The notes below the pieces were generated by a model, which was given only the letters and a program-made list of their open reading frames with translations, had not been told where the DNA came from and ran no database searches. The position numbers were made by a program, and so were the translations under genes. From the NCBI GenBank assembly GCA_040754075.1, contig JBFMDH010000001.1, positions 166,262-230,261 of the forward strand: a stretch of DNA of 64,000 nt, written 5' to 3'. The stretch comes from Acidobacteriota bacterium. Its GTDB lineage: Bacteria; Acidobacteriota; Blastocatellia; UBA7656. Positions 48,816-56,643 of this stretch are shown piece after piece (within the stretch, counting starts at the first letter, position 1; each line of letters opens with the position of its first letter).

Positions 48816-48943
48816 CAGCGGACATGGCAGATGCAGCGGATTTGCTGGATTGCCTGAATCCTTGAAATTTAAATTTGACGGATGAAAATAACCATACGCT
48901 TAAAAATCTGTCATCATCCGCAGTATCCGCCGCATCCGCTGGG
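48816..48943. repeat. second copy of the GCGGAT-rich inverted-repeat element, upstream of the AAA+ cluster
   Basis: Left arm cagcggacatggcagatgcagcggatttgctggattgcc (degenerate). Right arm ends in ccgccgcatccgctggg (48927-48943), identical to the reverse complement of 34851-34867. Confidence 0.6.
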
Positions 48944-49091
48944 AAGCTGACCTTGATAGCCGGCAGATTGATTTTTCGTATGCACATTACCGGGAAAAGA
49001 TTTTTGTAGCGAGCATTGACGATGAAATAACTTCACGAGGACTGATTAGCGCAGCACTTACTTTCTATTTTTAACTTTTAATTTTTCATTT

Positions 49092-52000
49092 ATGCCGGAA
49101 TATTCCTTTCGTCTGACAATTATTTTTCAGACTTTTGAAAATGACACTGAGCTTGCCGAAGCTCTTTTTTTTCCCGAAATCTCCCGATTTGGCGATAAAG
49201 CGAAAAAATTAGAGAACGCGGTTAAGGAAAATGTCGTGCGCCTTGTCGAAGAAGACGATGCGCTCGCGCTCTATCGTCGTCACTTTACGAGCGAGCCTGA
49301 ACTTGGTGAAGCGCGCGTCACCGTCAATCCGCCACCGAAATCCATCGCCTGGCAAAAGCCGATTGATCTTACTTTTCAAATCCTGCTCTTTACGCATGGC
49401 GAAGACCTGTACATCGCTCACCTTCCACAACTTGGTATCGAAATCATTGGCAGAAACCGGGAAGAACTTGAAGAGAAAATTCCCGCAGAAATTCACGCGC
49501 ATCTCTTACGCATCAAAAAAAATCGCTCACTTGGCGAATTGTTCTGGTTGCAACGCGCCAAAGCGATTCGCCTGGCGCGAACCACTTTTGACGCGACCAT
49601 TCGCACGCCGAAACAGATAGCCAAAAGTCAGTATGCCGCTGACGAAGAGAAAAAATCCGAGCTTGAAAAAGTGGCGACCGATTTAGTCAAAGAGCATTTA
49701 CCGGAGGCTTTTGAGATAGACGAAACCGTCACCCGCATTGCAGACGCGCTTGGCGGTCGCCATCCGCGCAGTGTTTTACTGGTCGGCAAATCGGGCGTCG
49801 GCAAAACCGCTGCGGTGTATGAACTGGTGCGCCGTCGCGCGGCGTTTCGTCTGAGTCGCACACCGTTTTACGCAACCAGCGGCTCGCGACTGGTTGCCGG
49901 CATGTCAGGTTTTGGCATGTGGCAGGAACGTTGCGGCAAAGTCTGGCGCGAGGCTGCAAAACAAAAAGCGATTCTGCATTTCGGCAATCTGCTCGAACTG
50001 ATGGAAGTTGGCAAAAGCACGGCGAACAATCAGGGTATCGCGTCATTCTTTCGCCCCTACATCAGTCGTGGCGATTTGCTCTGCATTGCCGAATGCGCGC
50101 CTGAACAATTGCCCATCATTGAACGCGAAGCGCCAAATCTGCTTGACGCTTTTTTGCAAATTAAAGTTGATGAACCGACAGTTGAACGCGGTTCGGCAAT
50201 TCTGCTGCATTATGCGATTGCGCAAAGCGGGCGCGAGTCGCCGGTTGACCTCGAAGCGATTGAAACGATTGATCGGTTGCATCGCCGCTATGCGACTTAT
50301 TCAGCCTATCCCGGTCGCCCTTTGCGGTTTTTGAAAAATTTATTGCAGGATCGCAAAGGCGGTTCCATCAATGCCGCGATGGTCACTGCGCGTTTTTCCG
50401 AAGAGACCGGTTTGCCGCTATTTTTACTGAACGATGACCTGCCGCTCGATTTAGCGGCGACGCAGAAATTTTTCAGTGAACGGGTCATCGGACAAGCGAG
50501 CGCCGTTGAGTTGGTGGTTAATTTACTGGCGACCGTCAAAGCGCGGCTCACGCGAGCCGGAAAACCGATTGCGTCGTTGATGTTCATCGGGCCCACCGGC
50601 GTTGGCAAAACCGAAATGGCAAAGGCGCTTGCCGAATTCTTATTTCAAAATCGCAATCGCCTGATTCGTTTCGATATGAGCGAATATGCCGATGTGAATT
50701 CCATCGGGCGACTGATTGGCGGCGCGTGGGGAAAAGAAGGCTTGCTTACCGCGAAGGTGCGCGAACAACCGTTTGCGGTGATTCTGCTTGATGAATTTGA
50801 GAAAGCCCATCCGTCATTTTTCGATTTGTTGTTGCAGGTTCTGGGCGAAGGTCGTTTGACCGATGCGATGGGGCGGGTTGCCGATTTTACCAACGCGGTG
50901 GTGATTATGACTTCCAATCTCGGCGCGGAAACTTATAAACGCAATGCGCTGGGGTTTCGTGACGCGACGGATGCCACTGCGCAGGCTCGCGAACATTTTA
51001 TGAAAGCGGTGCAGGCATTTGTGCGTCCCGAATTTTTCAACCGCATCGACCGTATCGTGCCGTTTACACCGCTTGATGAAGCGACCGTATTGAAAATTGC
51101 CCATCGTGAACTGCAACAGATTACGCGACGCGATGGCATTTTCTATCGCGGGGTTGAATTAAATATTACCGAGCAGGTGGCTGAGCGATTGGCGCGAATC
51201 GGCTACGATGCGCGGTATGGGGCGCGACCTCTGAAACGCGCCATCGAACGAGAATTGCTGGTGCCGATTTCCGAAGCGTTGAATTTGCAAACCCTCGATG
51301 TCGGTTTACAGGCGGAGGTGACTGTCGAAGGCGATGAATTGAGTGTAGCGGTGCGCCTTAAAACCGATGAAGCCGGGCGCGTGATTTCCAAATCGTCGAA
51401 GAGCGCGCCGTTTGCCGAACTGGTAAAACAGGCGGCGAAACTCCGCCGCGATGCGCAGAACCTGCGTGGCAGTATCTTTGTTCAGGAGATTCAAAACGAA
51501 ATATTCAACCTTGAACGACTGGCGATGCGGCTTGCGAAAAATAAAACAAAAAATAAATGGCAAGACCCGGCGCAAGCTACAAGCCTTGCGCGGTTGCCCG
51601 ATTTGAAAAATAAATTACAGGCGCTTGAGGTATTCGTCACCCAAACGGCGCAATTTGAAGACGCCGTGTTGTTCTGTTTTTACGGCAAGGAGACCGGCGA
51701 TAAAAACGGTTTGCAGGCGCAACTTGCCGGGATGCAAAAACAGTGGACGGCGCGGTTGTTGGAAATTTACGGATTGCAATTTAAAAAGCCGGATGCGGTG
51801 ACGGTGGCGCTCTATTCGGAAAATGCCAACTGGTTATTTGAACTGGCGCGTGCCTATTTTGAAATCGCGAAACAAATCATGGCGAACGTCGAGGTTGTGG
51901 AATTTGCGGTGCCGTCGCATCAGGAAAGCGAAGCGATAAAGCTTCGCGTCAAAGCCGGTGAAAAAGTTGAGGTTTTTAATTTGCTGGGGCGCGTGACCAT

Positions 52001-52394
52001 TAAACGCCAGGTGAAAAAGCCGGAGGAATTTTTATCCGCGCCGAACGCGCAAACCGTTGGTATCGTGTTGGGCATAGCGGGTGAAATGGTGTTTCCGAGA
52101 TTTGAACCCGAACATGATTTGCACGCCATGACGGTTGCCAAACAAACCCATAACTGTTTGGTACATACCAGTGAAGCGCGCCTCGAAGATTACCTGCCGG
52201 TGAAAGAATTGGATAAACGCGGCAGCATCAAGCATCAGGACGCGCGACGCCTTTATAACCGCGACGACAGCTCGGTTGAAGATTTGTCGCTTGAAGAGAA
52301 ATTTTACTTAGACCGTGATAATTTAGTTGCGGTTGTGCATCAGGCGATTGAACGCCGCTTGCTCAAAAGCGCGCAAGGATTGCTGGATGAATGA
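49092..52394 (+). CDS. atypical ClpA/ClpC-like double-AAA+ ATPase with novel N-domain and C-terminal release-factor-like module (paralogue 1)
   Basis: 1100 aa.
- NBD1: Walker A GKSGVGKT; Walker B position reads AILHFGNLLEL (no acidic pair).
- NBD2: GPTGVGKT, ILLDEFEKAH, TSNLG, GARPLKRAIEREL.
- LGF at aa 620-622, at the ClpA IGL-loop position.
- C-terminal aa ~775-1100 aligns with RF1/RF2 motifs (see findings). Confidence 0.85.
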   Translation: MPEYSFRLTIIFQTFENDTELAEALFFPEISRFGDKAKKLENAVKENVVRLVEEDDALALYRRHFTSEPELGEARVTVNPPPKSIAWQKPIDLTFQILLFTHGEDLYIAHLPQLGIEIIGRNREELEEKIPAEIHAHLLRIKKNRSLGELFWLQRAKAIRLARTTFDATIRTPKQIAKSQYAADEEKKSELEKVATDLVKEHLPEAFEIDETVTRIADALGGRHPRSVLLVGKSGVGKTAAVYELVRRRAAFRLSRTPFYATSGSRLVAGMSGFGMWQERCGKVWREAAKQKAILHFGNLLELMEVGKSTANNQGIASFFRPYISRGDLLCIAECAPEQLPIIEREAPNLLDAFLQIKVDEPTVERGSAILLHYAIAQSGRESPVDLEAIETIDRLHRRYATYSAYPGRPLRFLKNLLQDRKGGSINAAMVTARFSEETGLPLFLLNDDLPLDLAATQKFFSERVIGQASAVELVVNLLATVKARLTRAGKPIASLMFIGPTGVGKTEMAKALAEFLFQNRNRLIRFDMSEYADVNSIGRLIGGAWGKEGLLTAKVREQPFAVILLDEFEKAHPSFFDLLLQVLGEGRLTDAMGRVADFTNAVVIMTSNLGAETYKRNALGFRDATDATAQAREHFMKAVQAFVRPEFFNRIDRIVPFTPLDEATVLKIAHRELQQITRRDGIFYRGVELNITEQVAERLARIGYDARYGARPLKRAIERELLVPISEALNLQTLDVGLQAEVTVEGDELSVAVRLKTDEAGRVISKSSKSAPFAELVKQAAKLRRDAQNLRGSIFVQEIQNEIFNLERLAMRLAKNKTKNKWQDPAQATSLARLPDLKNKLQALEVFVTQTAQFEDAVLFCFYGKETGDKNGLQAQLAGMQKQWTARLLEIYGLQFKKPDAVTVALYSENANWLFELARAYFEIAKQIMANVEVVEFAVPSHQESEAIKLRVKAGEKVEVFNLLGRVTIKRQVKKPEEFLSAPNAQTVGIVLGIAGEMVFPRFEPEHDLHAMTVAKQTHNCLVHTSEARLEDYLPVKELDKRGSIKHQDARRLYNRDDSSVEDLSLEEKFYLDRDNLVAVVHQAIERRLLKSAQGLLDE

Positions 52395-52550
52395 TTGTTT
52401 GAATTAAAAAAATAAACCGCAGAGGATGCCAGGGGGTAACAGAGGAGGACAGAGAACTCGAAGTAAATTACGGTTTTTACTCTGCGTCGTTTGCGATGTC
52501 GAGAATGGGCAATTATCAATAACTCATAGTAAAAGCAATTTAAAACCGCT

Positions 52551-55500
52551 GTGAACATAACGCTTCCGATTTACATTCAAAAACCTGCGCCGCAAGACAC
52601 CTTGCCGCCGACGCATATTCTGCGCCCGCTGTTTTTCCCCTATATCGAAGTGCAGGGCGAAGACCTCAATCGCGCCGTCACCAAGCTGGCGCAAAAGATT
52701 CGCCACGAGTGTGACCGACTCGGTAAGGCGATGCGTCACGACCAACTTTCAAAATTTGGTTTCGCGCCTGACCTCGAAGACCGCTTTTTGAAACTCACGC
52801 TCGACCTCGGCAGTCGAAAAGCCGAGTGCAATTTTCTATTTGTCGTCATGCAAACGGTGGGGCGCAAAATTGCTTTTACTCCGGCGCTTGCCGATTTATG
52901 GTTTGAGATTCATCGCGGCGAAACCTTAGTCAACCGCGCCACCGAAGTTCTGTCGCATTACTTTCGCCAGAAACAGAAACGCGAAGGCAACGATGCCCTG
53001 AGACCCGAAGCCTTTTCGGTCAGCGGTAAAGCCTGGGTAACGACGCTCGACATCAGCATCAATCCACCGGCGCGCGCGCCCAAGCTTGTGCAAAATCTCT
53101 TTGCCCTGCTTGGCGAAGCGCCGCAGATGGATGGCGCGGAAGAACTCAATCGCGTCGGGCGATGCCTCGATTATCTTTACCCGGACGATTTGCAGCGGGT
53201 GATTTTTCGGGAGACGGAAACTGAAGCCTTGACCGCGATTTTGAAATCGCAGGACAAACGCCCGGTGCTGTTAATCGGCGAACGCCTGGTCGGAAAGACG
53301 GCGATCATTCACGAATATGTGCATCGCGCTGTGAGCCAACGTCACTCGAAATTCGACGCGAAAAATCAAGTGTGGTTGATTGCGCCGCAACGGTTGATTT
53401 CGGGAATGTCTTACGTCGGGCAGTGGGAAAACCGTCTGCTGGCGATTTTGAAAGTTGCGAAAAAAAAGCAACACATTCTCTACTTCGATGATTTGCTCGG
53501 ACTCTATCAAGCCGGGCAGAGCGCCAGTTCTTCTCTAAGCGTTGCCGATGTTTTAAAACCTTATGTAGAAAAACGCGAAGTGCGCATCCTTGGCGAAATC
53601 ACTCCCGAAGCCTTTCGGGTATTTCAGGAACGCGACCGCGGCTTTGCCGATTCCTTTCATCTGTTGCCGGTCAAAGAACCCGATGAAGATAAAACCTTTC
53701 GCATTCTTCTGCATTTGATGCGCGAGCTTGAGCGCAAACATCGCGCCACTTTTTCTACGGATGTTTTTCCGACAGTGATGGATGTGCAGCGACGCTACAC
53801 ACGCGATGCGGTGTTCCCCGGCAAGGCGGCGATTTTCCTGCAACAACTCGCCGTCAAATATCGCCACGAGCGCGTCACCCGCGATGAAGTATTACAGGAG
53901 TTTCACGCGAAAAGCGGTTTCAGCTTGAATTTTTTGAATGATGAAAACAAACTCACACGGCAAGAGGTAATCGAAGCGGTCGGCAATACGGTCATCGGGC
54001 AGGAGGCGGCGCTTGCTGCCTGTGCGGATGTGGTGTCGATGGCAAAGGCGCGGCTCAATGACCCAGACCGCCCGCTCGCGTCGTTTCTGTTTTTAGGACC
54101 CACAGGGGTTGGCAAAACCCAATGCGCGAAATCGCTTGCGGCATATCTGTACGGCGATGGCGATAAACTTATTCGTTTCGATATGAATGAATATTCGTCG
54201 CCCTATGCGGTGGCAAGACTGGTCGGCACATTCCATCAACCCGAAGGATTGCTCACCAGCGCCGCGCGGCGGCAACCGTTTTCGGTAGTGTTGTTTGATG
54301 AAATCGAAAAGGCGCACCCGGATGTTTTCAATCTTTTATTGCAGGTAATGGGTGACGGGCGGCTTACGGATGCGCTCGGACGAACGGTCGATTTTACCAA
54401 CGCGATGGTCATTTTAACCTCGAACCTCGGCGTCAAAGAGGCTGCGAAAAATCTGGGCTTTCATCGTGACAGAGAACGCGATGGGCAGGTTTATACGCAA
54501 GCCGCCGAGAAATTTTTCAAGCCGGAATTTTTCAATCGCCTCGACCGCATCGTGCCGTTTGCAAGGCTCGGACGCGAAGAGGTGATGCAGATTGCCGAAG
54601 GGTTGATTCAACAGGTTTTTGCGCGTGAAGGATTGGTGCGCCGCAAATGTATTTTACAGGTGGATGAACGGGCAATGGCGCGCATTGTTGAGGAAGGTTA
54701 TCACCCACAACTCGGAGCGCGCGCCCTGAAACGCCTGCTTGAACGCGAGTTGACCCAACCGGTGGCAAGACAACTTGCGACTCTTAAACCCGATGCGCCC
54801 ACGCTCATTAAAGTTTATCCGGCGGCAAGTGAGCTAAAAGTTACGGTCGATTCATTGAAAGGCGCAACGTTGAATGATGAGAGCGCAAGGTTGATTGAAG
54901 GGGTTGCGCCAAAACAGATTGTTGAGCTTGCGGAAGCCGCAGTTGACCGCATTGAATCGCAGGCGGCAAAGATGAGTCCGCAAGGGCTGATCAATCCCGA
55001 TGCCGTGGATGCTACACAACTCGCCTATTTTCAAATTCGCGAACAGGCGCGCCGGGCGCGTGAACTTTGTGAAAAGGTCGCGGCAAAAATCAAACCAACC
55101 GGAAAGCCACTGGTGTCGCGTTCACGCGGTCGCAGCATTGCGGCTTCGCAATTCACTTTGCGTCAGGTAAGCGTCGGAGATTTATGGCAACGATTGATTG
55201 AAGCGGGTGATGTGCGTCAGTTGATGCGCGAACTGCTAACCACTGCCCAACCCTATGGTGAACGCCTCGAAGATTACCTTTCAGAGTTAACGCGCGAGAC
55301 CGCCTTGCTTGAGGTGATTGCGCAAAGCAACGATGAGGTTTCAACCCATCAGGCATTGATGTTGATTCAATCGCTGGACGAAGCCTTTAAAGTCGAGCGT
55401 GAACGGCTGGCAAAAATTTATCACGAACTCTTTACCTATAAACTGGGAAGCCGCGCAGAGTTATTGACCGGCAATCAGGAGGCGGCGGCTTTGCACAGCG

Positions 55501-55877
55501 ATGCCGTGTTGATTCAAGGCGTAAATGTGTTGGCGCTGGCTAAACCCGAAACCGGCGCTCACCTGTTTTACACGGCTAAAGAACAACTCGTGCCGTTGCA
55601 AATTCACGTCTTGCCGGTAATTGACCATTCCGCAGCCGCGACGATTCGCCGGTTTGCTGAAAGTCAGAAGAGGCGATTAAGCGAGCCGGTCGATACCAAC
55701 GAAACCGATTTAAACGAGGCATCGGTTATTCGGGTTTATGAAGAGAACGGCGCGACGCTTGATTTACGCTCAGGACTGATGACGCTCAAGATGCCGACGA
55801 CGAAAGAACTGCGCGCCTTGTTACTTGCGGCTTTGCCATTGCCAATGGAGATGCAATCGGTAGTCGGTAGCCGGTAG
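52551..55877 (+). CDS. atypical ClpA/ClpC-like double-AAA+ ATPase with novel N-domain and C-terminal release-factor-like module (paralogue 2)
   Basis: 1108 aa, GTG start.
- NBD1: GERLVGKT; Walker B ILYFDDLL.
- NBD2: GPTGVGKT, VLFDEIEKAH, TSNLG, GARALKRLLEREL.
- LGF at aa 635-637.
- C-terminal aa ~785-1108 is RF-like (ETGAHLF, IRVYEENGATLDLRSG). Confidence 0.85.
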   Translation: MNITLPIYIQKPAPQDTLPPTHILRPLFFPYIEVQGEDLNRAVTKLAQKIRHECDRLGKAMRHDQLSKFGFAPDLEDRFLKLTLDLGSRKAECNFLFVVMQTVGRKIAFTPALADLWFEIHRGETLVNRATEVLSHYFRQKQKREGNDALRPEAFSVSGKAWVTTLDISINPPARAPKLVQNLFALLGEAPQMDGAEELNRVGRCLDYLYPDDLQRVIFRETETEALTAILKSQDKRPVLLIGERLVGKTAIIHEYVHRAVSQRHSKFDAKNQVWLIAPQRLISGMSYVGQWENRLLAILKVAKKKQHILYFDDLLGLYQAGQSASSSLSVADVLKPYVEKREVRILGEITPEAFRVFQERDRGFADSFHLLPVKEPDEDKTFRILLHLMRELERKHRATFSTDVFPTVMDVQRRYTRDAVFPGKAAIFLQQLAVKYRHERVTRDEVLQEFHAKSGFSLNFLNDENKLTRQEVIEAVGNTVIGQEAALAACADVVSMAKARLNDPDRPLASFLFLGPTGVGKTQCAKSLAAYLYGDGDKLIRFDMNEYSSPYAVARLVGTFHQPEGLLTSAARRQPFSVVLFDEIEKAHPDVFNLLLQVMGDGRLTDALGRTVDFTNAMVILTSNLGVKEAAKNLGFHRDRERDGQVYTQAAEKFFKPEFFNRLDRIVPFARLGREEVMQIAEGLIQQVFAREGLVRRKCILQVDERAMARIVEEGYHPQLGARALKRLLERELTQPVARQLATLKPDAPTLIKVYPAASELKVTVDSLKGATLNDESARLIEGVAPKQIVELAEAAVDRIESQAAKMSPQGLINPDAVDATQLAYFQIREQARRARELCEKVAAKIKPTGKPLVSRSRGRSIAASQFTLRQVSVGDLWQRLIEAGDVRQLMRELLTTAQPYGERLEDYLSELTRETALLEVIAQSNDEVSTHQALMLIQSLDEAFKVERERLAKIYHELFTYKLGSRAELLTGNQEAAALHSDAVLIQGVNVLALAKPETGAHLFYTAKEQLVPLQIHVLPVIDHSAAATIRRFAESQKRRLSEPVDTNETDLNEASVIRVYEENGATLDLRSGLMTLKMPTTKELRALLLAALPLPMEMQSVVGSR

Positions 55878-55885
55878 CCGGTTAT
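55858..55885. repeat. (CGGTAGC)-type heptamer array overlapping the last codons and stop of AAA+ paralogue 2
   Basis: cggtagt cggtagc cggtagc cggttat. Encodes ...SVVGSR*. Confidence 0.75.
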
Positions 55886-55941
55886 GTGTTTAGTGGTTGA
55901 ATAGAGCGAGGAAGGCTTATGATAAAAAACCGGAGGTAATT

Positions 55942-56553
55942 ATGAGGAACTTCATGTACTGCTTTTTATTTTTATCAAGCCTTTTGACCTTATTGTTGAT
56001 GGTCACGCCGACCGCGAAAGCCTGTACACGCGCCGGCCCGTTTACGTTTAATGAGTTATTCGATAATGCAGAGGTGATTGTGCGGGCTACCGCCGTTAAG
56101 TATGCAAAGGTTCCTGATAATCCGAATATGCGGACAACGGGAGAGCCGGATTCAATTATTCAATTCAAGGTTGAAGAAATACTGAGAGGCAAAAACCTCG
56201 CGAGTACCATCCTGCTCAATGGTTATTTGAGTGATAGTGATGATTACAACGAACAGCCTGTACCTTATACCTTCGTCCGTCCGAATGGTCGCGATGGAAG
56301 TTGCTTTGCGAATACCTATAAACAAGGCGGGCAATTTCTCTTGTTTTTAAAAAAAGTCGACAGTGAATATACGCCCAATATCAGCGCACTTGGCCCAACC
56401 AATGAACAATTGCGAGATGAAAACGACCCCTGGTTGAAATGGGTTAAAGAGCATTTGAAAACCGAAACGAAGCGCAAGCCGCGACTTGCGCTGAACTGGA
56501 AATCACAATTCATAATCGAACACCTCTTCGATAGGGATTGGATATTGGTTTAG
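55942..56553 (+). CDS. hypothetical secreted protein embedded in the AAA+ cluster
   Basis: ATG at 55942 preceded by ggagg. MRNFMYCFLFLSSLLTLLLMVTPTAKAC signal peptide. No recognised domain. Visibly AT-richer than the flanking AAA+ genes (by eye). Confidence 0.55.
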   Translation: MRNFMYCFLFLSSLLTLLLMVTPTAKACTRAGPFTFNELFDNAEVIVRATAVKYAKVPDNPNMRTTGEPDSIIQFKVEEILRGKNLASTILLNGYLSDSDDYNEQPVPYTFVRPNGRDGSCFANTYKQGGQFLLFLKKVDSEYTPNISALGPTNEQLRDENDPWLKWVKEHLKTETKRKPRLALNWKSQFIIEHLFDRDWILV

Positions 56554-56643
56554 CCATTCAGGGACATCAAAAAACGGGCAAGGATATTTGAGGTGTTGAG
56601 ATTGAACCTCCTTCGCCCGCTCTTATAAACGTTAAAGGAAAGA

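Noticed and set aside
48766-48987. 73 aa minus-strand ORF upstream of the AAA+ cluster
   Set aside because: It lies entirely within the GCGGAT-rich inverted-repeat element. Its translation (…ADAADTADDD…SAASAMSAE…) simply reflects the repeats.
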